In this document: positions 12,330-25,267 of the stretch, one piece after another
Numbering within the stretch: position 1 is the stretch's first letter
Layout of the letters: each line of letters begins with the position of its first letter
From: Marsupella aquatica
Taxonomy: Eukaryota; Plantae; Marchantiophyta
Assembly: GCA_973895155.1 (NCBI GenBank)
Contig: OZ316893.1
Location: 7,960,963-8,024,962, forward strand
Length of the DNA stretch: 64,000 nt
Direction of reading: 5' to 3'
The notes under the pieces: generated by a model
Databases searched by the model: none
The model's input: the letters and a program-made list of their open reading frames with translations, nothing else
What the model was told of the DNA's origin: nothing
Made by a program: the position numbers and the translations under genes

Positions 12330-12930
12330 GGAACATCCGATAAGGGGTCCATTTCATCCTACAACGGTAGTTCCGTTCCCAAACCTGTTGGACCTTTCAT
12401 TGCAGTAAATATCGCAATTTCCCATCCAAATAATATCGGACCCCTCTTCCAACCTAAACCAAATGAATTGACGTATCCGATACTTATACAATCGGATTAT
12501 CCGTTACCAATGCTTACGGATAAACCAATATAAAAAGAATCAAATTATGCGATAACTATCCCTTCGGACTTTCCGAATCTATTCATATCGGAACGTTCGA
12601 TGTAGATACTGTCGGAATGTTCGATGCAGATACAATCGGAACTTCCGATGCAAATACTATCGGAACGATCGATGAAGTTACTATCGGATAGCCTAGAAAA
12701 TAAGATCCTGGTTGCCACATTAATCCGATACAATAACAATTGGAACGGATATTATGCGAAGCAGTTTGTATCGGAAGGTCCGTCAGATTTTGCAACGGAA
12801 AGTCCGATGAGTGTCCGATGGTCCATATCCGATGCGTTTTGAATGGGAAAGTGCGTAGCGTGTTGCATCGGACAGCCCAATTTTACTTTGCGTCATTTCC
12901 GAAGGGATCCGATGGATGTGGCATCGGATA
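12330..12930. repeat. Subterminal repeats of CACTA element B
   Basis: Many ATCGGA/TCCGAT motifs in both orientations. Confidence 0.8.
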
Positions 12931-12952
12931 ATGGGCCAAAAATGTACTAGTG

Positions 12953-13920
12953 ATTCCGTTTGTCTGCAATCAAACCTTTCATCTCCTCGTGTGTCCAATC
13001 CGACAACTTATTCTTCCTTGTACGTTGTGGTGCAGGAGTGGGACCTGGGCCAATGTTGAGATCCAAGTCAATGAATGACACACCTTCTCATGTAGGCGCA
13101 CTTGGGCCTGGACCATAACTCACATTTTGGCCGCCATCTGAAAACTCACAATATTATGCAATTCAAGGAACATTGACAAGGCATAATGCACAACAAATTG
13201 TCATAATGGATACATTTCATTCAAGTCAATTTAAAAAGGAGATGTAGATATGTTTGAAAGTGTAGTGGTACATAAGTACACCAGAACTTTATTGAAATGT
13301 ACAATTGACAAAAACTTTAAGAAAGATTTGAGTTGGTACGAAGTATGTCCAAGCAAAAGCAAAAGCAAAAGCAACTGTCTGTTCTTGACATAACAACAAG
13401 GTGCTGTTTCTATAGTGAAGGCAATCACTCTCTACCAAAGTTTTCTTCTGAGCCTCAAAGGAATAGCATCCTGACCATGCATTGCTTGCCCCATGGGGTT
13501 GCACATGTTGGGTGTAGTAGACACCAAGGGAAGTGCACATTTGCCCTTGGTCACAATTGTCTGTCCTACATCTATGTTGCGGGCAACAATCTTGGAAAGG
13601 TTTGGGGAAATTGCAACCAAATTTGTTCCTATGACAATGTTTCTCTGGTCTGCATCTCTGTTTGCATTCTCTGCAACTACTGTCTTGTGTTTGTGTAATC
13701 TCTTTTGCAAAATCTGAATAATCTCAGATTACATGGATTCCAACATTATGTTGTTTCCATGAACCTTGTAGTTGTCTGCTTTCAACTGGTCAATTCTCTT
13801 GTTTGAGATGTTGGGCTTCACTACCTAGGGTTTTGGAACTTGACATCTCGGCTTGCAAAGCAGATCAAAGTTGGTCATTAAACATCGACTCCAGGTGGGT
13901 CACGTAATCCTTGGTGCAAG
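12953..13920 (-). pseudogene. Remnant of an older Harbinger element: 5' end of the Myb/trihelix gene (12953-13116) and degenerate coiled-coil gene (~13400-13920)
   Basis: IDLDLNIGPGP...KNKLSDWTHEEMKGLIADKR matches the 17657 ORF. RNIVIGTNLVAISPNLSKIVARNIDVGQ matches the 17886-18494 ORF. A degenerate right TIR of the same family lies at ~19705-19729, followed by TTA. Confidence 0.75.
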
Positions 13921-14300
13921 ATACTCCAAGTTACGTAGGTAAGGGCCAACTCGCATGGAGTCGGTCCTTCAGAATGCGGCCTTCACACTTGTCTAACCTT
14001 AGCGCATAAAGCACGATCTTCTTGATGCAGTCGATCCTACCCACTCCAACATGCAGTCCAGCCTTTCGACCCCGTGTCCCTGCTGTGTCGTTATGTGCAC
14101 ACAGTATACAGGGAAGATTGAAGGGCTAAGGCTCTACAAAACCAAGTGACCCTGTAAATTGACGATGTGCGACGACTGAACCCTGCAAAGTGCCCTTTGC
14201 TAGACGACAGGTTAGCCGAAAGCAAACACAAAGGAAAGCCGAAAGCAAATACAAAGGAAAGTTGAAAGCTGAAAGCAAACACAATGCCAAGCGTTCTTGC

Positions 14301-14430
14301 ATTGCTCCTCCTCCTCACCAAAGCTGTGCTCACAGTGTCGATCCTAGCCTGAACACAGACATTCTATTGCTCCTCCTCCTCACCAAAGCTGTGCTCACAG
14401 TGTCGATCCTAGCCTGAACACAGACATTCT
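14301..14430. repeat. ~65-bp tandem duplication inside the Harbinger element
   Basis: ATTGCTCCTCCT...CACCAAAGCTGTGCTCACAGTGTCGATCCTAGCCTGAACACAGACATTCT occurs twice. Confidence 0.85.
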
Positions 14431-15037
14431 ATTCAATTGGCAAGTCCTGCCTGTCCGATGAACGATTCCATGTCCTCTGTTTGGTCTTCGATTTTTCTCT
14501 GAATTGGCCTCGATATTGAGCAATGTCGAGTGTTGCTCTCGGGAAGTAGAGATAGTCGGATTGGGTACTCGGTGGGGACCTGCATTGCATGGAAGAGGAA
14601 CCAGCCGCTGCTTGCTTGACTGCCGCCGTATCAAGTCCTGTACTACTGCCAAAGGACTCTCGTTGTGCTCAAGGTCAGTGTGGCGAAGATGAAAAATAGA
14701 CGTTCACACAAAGTGCCTTGAGTATTTTAGTTCTGGATTGTCACCAAGGATTGAGCACTTTCTTGTAAAGGAAGAGCCCACATCTACTCGAGTACTCCTT
14801 GTACTTGTACTGAATAAGTTCAAAGTATAGGACATGTCCATATACTTGGAAAAATCAATTGCTTTTCACTAAGATTACTAGCACTCTATTTTTCTTTGGG
14901 ATGACAATTCTAGATTGCTTTCATGTAGTTTGTACAGGTTTTCTTCACTTGATATGATGGTTTCACTTGATATGACTGTGTTTGTTTTCTTTCTTCCATA
15001 TATTGTGCAGGCCTTGGGATTGCAAAACTTGGAAAAT

Positions 15038-16348
15038 ATGGTTCTTTCAAATGAGGAACTTGAAATCATTTTGTCAACAATTCTTGCATTCCAACAAGTG
15101 GTTTTGCAGCAAATGCGATTTGCAGCTCTTGTTGGTAACTATTTTTTGGAATCAGGTGACGGGAGACTCCTTGCAAACTTGTTTATACTCTTCCAAACCA
15201 TTCAACATGCATTTTCCAGAGACCATCGTCTTCTATCGGACAATTATATCGAGCCCAGATCTAGAGAATGGAGTGGCTGGTACCTTATGCATGTCATCGA
15301 AGACGATCCTGTTCGCTTCAAGCATTTGTTCTGCGTGTCACCCGCAACATTCATGTACATTTGCGACTTGGTTCGAGAAGATTTGACTACACATCCCCCA
15401 CCTGGCCTTCGCAATTTGACCAACAGGACATTGTCCGTTGAGCGACAAGTTGCCATAGTGCTGCGTAGATTTGCTACTGGGTGTTTGTTGTTGACACTTT
15501 CGGAGATGTTTGGGGTTTCAGTTCCATGCATTTCTAATGTGATTTGGCGATTTGTTAAGGCATTAATTAGACACGGTAGAGAAAGACATTTGAGTTGGCC
15601 GCAAGGAGAGGCCATGGCAAGGGTGAAAGAGGAATTTCGCCAATTGCAAGGATTTCCAAATTGTTGTGGTGCAATTGATGCTACTCATTTTCAAGTGGAG
15701 TTACCTCTTGGAACAAACTCAACTGATTATCGTGACTACAAACATGGCCAAAGCATTGCGATGCAAGCCATTTGTGATAGTCGACTTTGATTTTTGGATG
15801 TCTTTGCAGGATGGCCTGGTAGCATTCAAGACTCACGACTTTTGAGAGTCTCGGGTTTTTATGACGACGTTTTGACACACCGCACAAAACTCTCTGGTCC
15901 CACATTTACAGCTCCGACAGGATTCACTACAGGGGAGTATATTATTGGTGATGCTGGCTACCCTGCTTATCCTTAGTTGCTAAACCCTTTTCCAGCAACT
16001 AGAGAGCATAGTCGAAAGAGAGAGTTCAACTACAGGCTTAGCTCAACTAGGATGTGTGTGGAGCGTGCTTTTGGTCAAGTGAAAAATAGTTGGAGATTTG
16101 TTTCTCGCAAAATGTTTCGGCCGCATCCATATCGATTGCCACATTATATTACATGTGCATGCCTTTTGCATAACATTCATATTGACCGTGGAGATGTATA
16201 TGATCCAGCATGGGGTATAGATGCAGACCCTCCATATGAACCTGGAGGTCCCCCTGCTGCACCTCAGACTTCAAATAATGGGCGTAGATATCGTATTGCA
16301 ATGATGAATCATTTGCTACCTGAGGGAGAATGGGGGCATGAAGCTTAG
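15038..16348 (+). pseudogene. Harbinger DDE transposase (HARBI1/DDE_Tnp_4-like) with two premature stops
   Basis: Motifs FCVSPATF, SVERQVAIVL, CGAIDATH, GWPGSIQDSR, IGDAGY, FNYRLSSTRMCVERAFG and CLLHN. Stops at 15788-15790 and 15974-15976. Confidence 0.92.
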
Positions 16349-16527
16349 AGTGTGCTGCCCGAGTTGCCAATAGATGTAATAGACAGTGATGAAATTTAAT
16401 AAAACCAAACTATGGTTGATGTTGGCACCATATTTTATTCATGTGCAATTATATGTTGTCATTTCAAGAAGTATACTTGACTAAAATGGAAGTAGTTGCT
16501 TCTCTAAACCAAGTATGTGCAACTACT

Positions 16528-17657
16528 CTATTGTGATGGTCGTGAAGAATTTGCTAGCTTCTCTAGAAGAATGTCATTCAAACGTCCCATCTGCTCAGCT
16601 GTTGTGGTTGATGCTGTGGTGATTGCTGTTGCCAAAACAGCAAATTGCCGCTCACGGCTTTCACAATCAAGCTTGGCCATGGAAACCATCTCCGCACAAC
16701 TATTGGCCATGGATTTCAAATGTGCTTGTTTGTCGTTCCCAATCTTGGCTGCCTTTCGCTTTACACCTCTATTGCCGGGGCCAGAGAAGTCCTGAGGGGA
16801 TGATGGTTGCTGCACTCCACCTGTACTCTCTGTATTTGGTTGCGTCCTCTCATGTGTTGGTCCTGTGAAGTGCGTCTGGCTTGACGGTGCCGACCTGTCT
16901 TCCTCAACCCCAACATCATCATCACCTGTAGACATGATTCCTTGCATTTAGTAGAGCAAAGAGGAAGGAGAGAAATTTCACCCCAAAAATTTACAGTACC
17001 AATCCACCATAACAAAAATTAAATTGCACAATGTAAATGAAAGAAAAAATTCATCAAGTAGGAAAAAATAGATTACTCACTTCCAGATGACAAGTTGAAT
17101 GGGTCCTGGTTTGTATTGTGGTTCATCCTAGAGTAATCAGATAAGAACTCCGTAGGTGGCGTGATGCGTGGAACATCTTTATACCATCCCAACAGATCTG
17201 CATACAGATCAACAGAGAAATGAGTCGGGAATTGTTGTAGGCGTCGCTCCTTCTCATCCATGTCAAAGTAAGAAATCTGCCCGGTCTTCTCCTTCTTCTC
17301 ATAATCGTAAATCTTTTTGAACTTGCTGTCAATGAGCTGCCACTTCTTCTTGCAAGAGGATGGATCTCGAATAGGTCGGGTGAACCCCTCATCCTCCATA
17401 AATTTTTCCACGGCCTTCCATTTCAACTTGGTGCTAGTCATCTTTTGTTGCGTAGAACCCTCCATGATAACATTGAGGTGTTCAGATCGCTTGGCTGCAA
17501 TCAAGCACTTCATCTCCTCATTTGTCCAATCAGGCAACTTATTCTTGACTGGAGGTTGTGGTGCACCGTTAGGACCTGTACCAATGTTGAGGTCCAAGTC
17601 AACTAATCGAATACGTTCTCGTGAAGGTAGACCACGGCTCTGCTTCTGGCTCGTCAT
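16528..17657 (-). CDS. Harbinger Myb/SANT (trihelix) DNA-binding protein, exons ~17657-17081 and ~16940-16528
   Basis: WTNEEMKCLI...KWKAVE...RDPSSCKKKWQLIDSKFKKIYDYEK...SYFDMDEKERR...P trihelix pattern. Convergent with the transposase. Confidence 0.85.
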
Positions 17658-17885
17658 CTGACATTACAGAGTAGTATGCAAGAGACACAATTCAGAAGCA
17701 AAAATTCATTAACAACTCTTTGCGCAAGTGAAATCATTAAATTCCAAATAGACAGAAGATTCACATTTCATTTCAATGCATACTTAAATACATCCCAACT
17801 TTATTCAAGTATACAATTGAATCAAAATTTAATAATTTTGAGCCACCAAAAAGTACGTCTAACTAAAACAAAACAAAAACAATGG

Positions 17886-18494
17886 TCAAGGCTCTAAGCC
17901 AAGAGAATCACTATCTACACATCTTTTCTTTCTAGGTCTCACAAGAACAGCATCCTGGCCATGCAATGATGGCCCTGTACTATTAGAGACACGAGGTGTA
18001 GTAGAGCTCACGGCTTGTACTACATCAATAGCCATTTTTCCCTTGACCATATTTTTCTGCCCCACATCTATGCTATGTGCAACAATCTTAGAAAGATTAG
18101 GAGAAATTGGAACCAAAGGTTCACGTGTAGCTATCACAATGTTTTTCTTGCCTAAATTGTCCAAAAACATTGCTTTCTGTGAGTGACCTCTTCTTTGCAA
18201 AATTTGAAGAGCCTCATATTGCATGTTTTCCAACGTGCTATTGACTTCATGAAGCTTATGAATTTTTGCTTTCAAGCTTACTTTCTCTTGCTTTAGTTGT
18301 TCCGTCTCTCTACGTAAGGCACTAGAATTACACATCTCGGCTACCAAAGCTGGCCACAACTGTTCACAAAACATAGACTCGAGCTCTGTGAAAGACTCTT
18401 TAAAGTCCTTTAGCTGGCCCAAAAACTTTTTTGCAACATCCTTCAATTCATGTTTGTTTTCCATGGCGTAGTCCTGCTCTGAAAGAAATTTCAA
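17886..18494 (-). CDS. Third Harbinger ORF: coiled-coil protein with C-terminal basic NLS-like motif (RPRKKR), function unknown
   Basis: Open ~200-aa frame with a heptad-rich N-terminal half. A diverged homolog occupies the same position in the older Harbinger remnant. Confidence 0.65.
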   Translation of the reverse strand: MKFLSEQDYAMENKHELKDVAKKFLGQLKDFKESFTELESMFCEQLWPALVAEMCNSSALRRETEQLKQEKVSLKAKIHKLHEVNSTLENMQYEALQILQRRGHSQKAMFLDNLGKKNIVIATREPLVPISPNLSKIVAHSIDVGQKNMVKGKMAIDVVQAVSSTTPRVSNSTGPSLHGQDAVLVRPRKKRCVDSDSLGLEP

Positions 18495-20322
18495 ACCTCA
18501 AATAATCACATTTCAGAAGTATGCTTGCTTCAAATCATATTTACAATCTACCTTTGGAGAACTTTGTCTAATACTCACAGGCTGGGTTAGTCTAGAATAC
18601 AAGGTGTACAATACGAATGTACACAACATTAACTTTTATACTTACAGACTACAGTGACGGCAGTTACCATAGACGGCTCAGTTCTACGAAAGCTTCTTGG
18701 GACTGGGGTAGGGGACAACGGAGACATCTCAATAGAAGGTCTCAATAGAAGGCAGTGGGAAGAGCTGAATAGAAACTTAGCAGCGACAGCTCAACCGAGA
18801 GAGCATCTCAGAGATCAAGAACAAAATAAAGAGAGCTCACCAGAACTTTCGCTGTTGAGTGAAGCAGTATTTCAGTAAGGAGAGACCGAGAATGAAATCA
18901 ATCAGCAGCAAGCAGCTTTGCTGCCACCACCTTCGATCAGCAGCAAGCAGTTTCGCTCCACCTTCGATCAGCAGCAAGCCCTTTCGCTCCACCTTTCGCT
19001 GCTGAGTGAAGCTGAATTTCAGTAAGGAATGGAGAGGCCGAGAACAAATTCGAGCAAGCAGCAAGCAGGTTGAATTGAAACTACGACTGCTAAACGGAGC
19101 CCCCAACACAAATCAGGTTGAATTTAATTTAATTGAAACTACTACTGCTGAACGGAGCACCCAACACAAATCATCCGAAATACAGCAGTATACGAGATTG
19201 AGCCAGGTATCGATTGTGGATTGTTGTTTACTGCTCCAAGCTGAATGCTCGATGCTGAATTTTGAATGCTCTTCGTGACTACTTCAGACATTTCATGACT
19301 ACTTCAGACGTTGATTTCTCTCACTAGTGTTTAAACACAAAGGCCATATGCAGGGCGTCGTCCATAGTCCATATACAGGGCCGAGGTAGTTTGCAGGGAT
19401 ACCAGGAGAAAAGAGGCGGTGGAAACTGGGACTACAATAATCTACACTAAATCCATTGAAGCCCGTTGCACACAACACGTGTCAAGTGTGAATTTTGTTT
19501 TATTACCCAAGTGAAGTTCAGGACCTGCAAGGTCCGGAAAGGTTCCGGTCCTTGCCTTCACATTTCCTGAGTTTATGCCGTTAGGACTGGCAGGGCAGGA
19601 GGTGACGGCATCTTTCTCTCTTTCACTAGCATGCTGCCGATTGTCAGTTTTAGGGCCGCAAAGGTTAGGACCGACTCCATGCGAGTTGGCTCTAAGCCAT
19701 TCTTAGGACCTTCACATGCGAGTTGGGTCTTATGAAAAAGATAGGACCTTTTGTTTATGACCAATGCCATCATCCATAATTTTCAAGCTCTGATACGCCC
19801 TAATAATGGCTTTTGTGTGCCCTTTTGGCGGGTCCAATACGGGCCTCACGCCCTGTAAATTTCCCGCCCCGGTAAACCTCACGATGCACAATTGCGACTC
19901 CCGCGCAATCGTCCCAAAAGAATTCGTCGATTCTCTCTCTCGCTTCGAAAGAAAGCCTCCCGACCACTCTAGTCGGCTCGACTCCAGTCCACTGCAGTCC
20001 TGGGATTGCCGAGGCACAGCAATCTCGGCTCGTTTTCTTTCCTCGATTTGGATTCCGTTTTTCGATCTGGGGATTCATGAGGATCGAGGTGGGTCTGGAG
20101 AGCATGGGAAACATTATGTTTGCTATACCACAGCACTGCAATGAGTCTCTGATTGTTGCTCTTTGAGAAAGGGGAAAGAAGAAGAGGTCGAGAGCTTCAT
20201 CCTCGCTTCCGAAAATCCGTCACCTGCGCCACACTCGGCCGGGGTATTCGAAGTGCACCTACGAACTGGAGTTTGGAGATTGCAGAAGGCGAGCTTCTCG
20301 ATTGCTTCATTAGGGAGGCGAG

Positions 20323-23300
20323 ATGGGGATCAAGGTGGGTGCTGCTGATTCGATGGTGGTACACATTGCCATGAATGCAGAGTGGTGGTGTTTCTGATTC
20401 TTCGTCGGCAATGCTGTGGACTATCGGTGAATTTTGATATAATGGTGCCCGGTCATGTTTTCGTCGCTGTTTTGTTTCAGGGTTTGACAAAGCTGCTGGC
20501 AGACAATGCCCCGGGCTCTATGAAAGAGCAGAAGTTCGAGTCTTACTTTGGACGGAAGATTGCTATCGACGCCAGTATGAGTATATATCAATTTCTGGTA
20601 AGCCGCCTGCATCGTTGTCCTTGTCAGGCTTACTTGCTTGAGCTTGCTTGCATTTTAGAATGCCCGCCACGAAGCAGGATGCCCCCTGGAAGCGGCTGAC
20701 GGTTTGATCATTCGGCTGCTAGATTGTCGTTGGACGAGTGGGGAGTGATATGTTGACCAACGAAGCTGGAGAGGTGACTAGGTATGCTATGTGCCCTTCT
20801 TCGCCTTTGATAACTGAACAAATGATGAAAAATATATACGTATTTTAATCTGGTGTCAAGCGTCCTGATAAGTTGATCACCCGTGCTGGAGAAGTGAACA
20901 GGGACGCCAATTGCTCCTCTCCCCGATTTGTAGTTTAATTAATGAGTGTGAGAAGTTGCGGCGGCATCCTAATGGTATACCTCTCATCTCCGTGAACGGT
21001 GTATCATAGTCTTTGTGGTGGCAGTTAATTCTGCATCGGGGTAGGACGTAAAGGTTTTTTATCTCTAGGCCGACTTACTGGAGGTGGGTCACCAAATTAT
21101 TGGGCTCTTCCCGCTTGGGCCACAATTTGTTTCTCACATGATGGATTGCTGAAAATTTGGGACTTCTCTTTCGTGGATCGTCTTAACTGGTTCTTACCCC
21201 AATTCGTATTCAGTAGTATGGAGCTTTAAATTGTTGTCTTTGGCCACCTGTGCAGTCACTTGCAAGGAATGTTTACCAGGACAATTCGCATTCTGGAGGC
21301 TGGCATCAAGCCAGTGTAAGTTATCTTATCTATGGCTATCAGGGCCGTCTAGTTTGTTAGTTGGCTTCCGTTCTGAGCTCTCTCTACTGCCCAGTTTGGT
21401 ATTGCTGCAGTACGACCTTATTTTGAAAGTAAAATACTTCGGGATCTTTTCTTATCATTACCAAAGTAATATTGCAGAGGAAATTTGGCTCATATGCTTA
21501 CCTAACCAAGCTCACTTATTACGTGTTTATAGCTACGTGTTTGATGGAAAACCCCCGGAATTAAAAGGAGGAGAGTTGGCCAAGCGGTGCGTTTATTCCT
21601 CCCGTACTTGTACATCCTTCCTAAGGACTTCTCTAATCTGTGAACCGTCTTCGTTGTCTTCTTTAAGACTTGCTTTTTTCAGAATTTGCTTGTAAAGTGA
21701 TCTGGTTTAACGCGTTTGAAATGCAGTTTGGTAAGGCGTGATGATGCAGCTGCCGGTCTGGCGACGGCTATAGAGGTAGTTTCCGGAGGGATACCCTAGC
21801 TCTTGTTAAATGCTCCATGTCGATATGAATGTTGACGATTCTATCTTGTAACATTTAAAAGTCAAGTTGTTATCTGGGGACCCACAGATCTCTCGTCTTC
21901 ATTGATTTTTAACTGTAAAACAATTTCTCTCGTTTTCAAGTTGGTTGAGGAACGTGTGTCCGCATCCTATTGTATATGCTCCTTTAACGTCATCGGTGTG
22001 ATTGCCTCACAGGGAGGAGAGCAAGCTGACATCGAGAAATATAGTAAAAGGACAGTGAAGGTCAGTGCCTTGTTTGTCGGCTTTGAGAATTGTTGTTACA
22101 TCTCATTATGTTTGATGAAGTGCTGACTTTTAGAGATTTGATCAGGTATATAGAAGCAGATTAGGCAGCTCTGGTTATGATAACTCTCTTTTGTTACATC
22201 TCTTTATGATCGATTCCCTTGACGGCTGTCGAAGGGCGGCATAGTTTGCTTAATCGGGTCCTGATGTGCTGCTTGGGGTTGGGGACACAGGTGACAAAGA
22301 AACACAATGAAGATTGTCGGAAGTTGCTTCGCTTGATGGGTGTACCTGTTGTGGAGGTATTGACAAATCTTCGTAATTCGCAAGTTGTGGTCAGTGCTTG
22401 CTCAGCTTTAATATTTACAGTATTATTGGCTTGGACAAATGATTCTCTACTGGCTGCATCTGTCTACCTTAATTCACCATATGCTGTTTGGTCTAGCAGG
22501 CTCCCTCAGAGGCAGAAGCTGAGTGTGCTGCTCTATGCAGGGCGGACAAGGTAATCGAATTCTTTAATCGAATTCCCTAATCGAATTTAAGCATTTTGAA
22601 AAAGGTCCTACTGTCCTGGCTTCATCTAATATGTCATCGGTAGAACCCTTTTCTGACTCTTGTAGCCCTAGTTGAGTATCAAATCCAAGTTCTTTACAAT
22701 GTTGTACTTTTATGTCTAGTCTCCTGAGTTTACATTTTCATTGTGCTTTGAAATAAAATTGCACACGTATGTTATCACAGGTTTATGCTGTAGCCTCGGA
22801 AGATATGGACACATTGACATTTGGAGCCCCAAGATTTGTACGCCATTTAATGGAGCCAACTTCAAGAAAAATTGCTATCATGGAGTTTGAGATTTCAAAG
22901 GTAATGCCTTTGCAATCTTTGGGGTGGTTTTCTGTTGGAAGAATATGCCTCAAGTGTTGGCACCGTTATTCTTTCACAAGAAGCAGAAGTCGCATTTGTT
23001 ACGATAAGCGAATAACAAATGTTGTTCTGCTGATAGGTCGTTTCCGAGCTGGACTTGAGCATGGACCAGTTTATTGACGTGTGCATCCTTTGTGGCTGTG
23101 ATTATTGTGACACAATAAAAGGTTATAACCCCTGACCTTATTTCTCAGCTTTTGTCTATGTTTTCTTCATCATGACTCTTCACCTACCAAGTTGTATTTT
23201 TCATACTTTAGGAAAAGGTGATTCTGATTCGGGTCTGATTCGCTCAAGGGTAGGATTTTCTGCACGGAATGTGGGCTCCGAATATTTGCAGATGATTTAT

Positions 23301-25267
23301 TTGCACAACGTCAAGTTACCTCTATTTCTTTTGAAGTCTCGTCATGTGGCCTCTCCTTTTTATAATTAGAGAATGGTGCTGTATGTAGCTGTTATCAACT
23401 CCCAGTAATGACCTGGATTTGTAAACATTTTGACGATTTAGTAATACTCTAAATCTGCTTTTAAAGGTGAATTTGCCTCTCCCGTACGTTTTAGGAAAAT
23501 TCAGGATTATTGATGCGCCAGTTTTTCTTGCCACAGGTATTGGAGCTCAAACAGCTCTGAAGTTGATAAGGGAACATGGGTCTTTGGAGAAAGTTGTGGA
23601 ATATTTTAATTCGAATAAGACTAGGTATGCAATGTAGTATTGTTGAAAAATACTTTGTTGGTTTCGAAATCTGAAGAAGTTATTGATGTCGTGGTGCTGT
23701 TGGTGATTGCCTGACTTCAGCTACTGTAGACTCTTGTTCAGGATCATTGTAGGGCCCCTCATAATTTATAACCTGCTTTTGTCTGGTTGATGCTCTTCAT
23801 ACTATCTTTTTCTCCTTGCCTGCTCTCTTATTATACTTTTATCGCAAGTTCCTTTTGACCTCGGGCTTCATAATTCATTCATTGGTTGCTAGAGACCAAA
23901 CGTACTAGTCAGTAACTACGTTAGTTCTAGGTTGTGCAGTAACTCGTGGCTTCCATGAAGTGAGCTGGAATATTTCTGAGTTCATCTCGTGTCAATCTCG
24001 GTTTGGCAGGTACCAAATTCCCGACGATTGGCCATATCAGGAGGCAAGGCGTCTTTTCAAGGAGCCTTTGGTCACCACTCCTGAAGAAATGGTCGATTTC
24101 AAGTGGACGGCCCCTGATGAACAGGTATACAAAGCTTGGCATCCTAAATTTGTTCCACGCCCCGAGATTTAGAATAAGTTTTGTCAATGCTTTGTTGCCC
24201 ACAAGCCAAGCGTCAGCATATGATAATTTCACTCCTTTTGATGACATTGTGGTGTACTGATAATTTCTCATTTGTGTCAGCTCAGTCAAGTTCTGCAGTG
24301 TTGACCGCATAATTAATTTCAGCAATGCCACGAGGATACGGCTCCAGTGATATTGTTTTGGTTCTAACATTTTGAGCTTCGAGAAATTGATGTAGGGGTT
24401 GAAAACTTTCTTGGTTGATGAGAATGGCTTCAGTAACGATCGAGTTATGAAAGTGAGTTATTGAAGGTGGTTGTGATCTGGTTCAATGTTCCTCTCTCGT
24501 TGGAGTGTTGATGGTTGAAAGTTGGCACATGGGAAGGTACCAGCTCGCATGAATTTCTGCTGAAAGGATTGTGCGAGGTCTTAAATTCTGGAGAACTGAG
24601 TCAGTGCGTGATTTGCAGGGAATAGAGAAAATCAAGTCTGCTAAGACCAAGTCTTCTCAAGGACGGTATGCTCAAAAAACTTGTCGTTTGTTGCACAACG
24701 CTGTTTGCTGGCTATACCTTCGTTTTGTCTTGTTTACCAATTGCCTGTCGTCTTGATTCCAAAGACGAGACAGGTGGCAGCTAATGAAGTATGTTTGGCT
24801 AGATTGTGAGGTAATGCTCGTTCATTGTTGTCCCCAAGATGTATTAATCTAATGCAGATATTTCTGTTGTAGGCTCGAATCTTTCTTTACCACAAAAGCG
24901 TCCTCTACAGCACCGAAGCGGAAGGTGAAGGGCTCTATCCGCCAGCATGGATGCCATCAGTTTCTTGGTGTAACAGTTTGTAGTCACTAAGGACGTATTG
25001 CTGTCCAGTAAGCTGGCCCCAAATTCGAACTGTTTCTTCGATTGGACTGCTCTTTTTAAGTGACTAACAGGTACTTCAGAAAACAATGTTTAGTGTGGTT
25101 ATGGATTACTACTTCTTGATAGGCAAGTGTATGATCCGAGACTTGAATGCGTCTCCTTAATTTGGCATTTACAGGAAGTTCCGGACTCCAAACCAACAAA
25201 AGGGGCTGCTCTCCAGAAGAAGGCTAAAGGGAAACCTGCGATGAAGTCGGGGGCAAAGAAAAAATGA
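20323..25267 (+). CDS. FEN1: Flap endonuclease 1 (~17 exons)
   Basis: Exon peptides MGIK|[11 protein letters not shown]...[82 protein letters not shown] and PIP box QGRLESFF, all with GT-AG junctions. Stop at 25265-25267. Confidence 0.96.

Larger units (their letters stand above)
7285..12952 (-). mobile_element. CACTA element B (interrupted by element A; remainder expected left of the window)
   Basis: Terminus ...CCAAAAATGTACTAGTG at 12952 (reverse complement CACTAGTACATTTTTGG). ATCGGA/TCCGAT subterminal repeats at ~12330-12930. Gene layout mirrors element A. Flanked by ATT (12953-12955). Confidence 0.85.
13943..19692 (+). mobile_element. Full-length PIF/Harbinger element (5.75 kb)
   Basis: 26-bp TIRs GGGCCAACTCGCATGGAGTCGGTCCT / AGGACCGACTCCATGCGAGTTGGCTC (1 mismatch). 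TAA TSD at 13940-13942 and 19693-19695. Contains a transposase and a Myb-like gene. Confidence 0.93.

Noticed and set aside
13950-14075. Faint histone H2A-like peptide (RKAGLHVGVGRI) on the minus strand
   Set aside because: It lies in the Harbinger TIR/subterminal sequence, has no start or full fold, and is probably coincidental.
19321-19330. CACTAGTG as another CACTA end
   Set aside because: Isolated palindrome without subterminal repeats, inside the Harbinger element.
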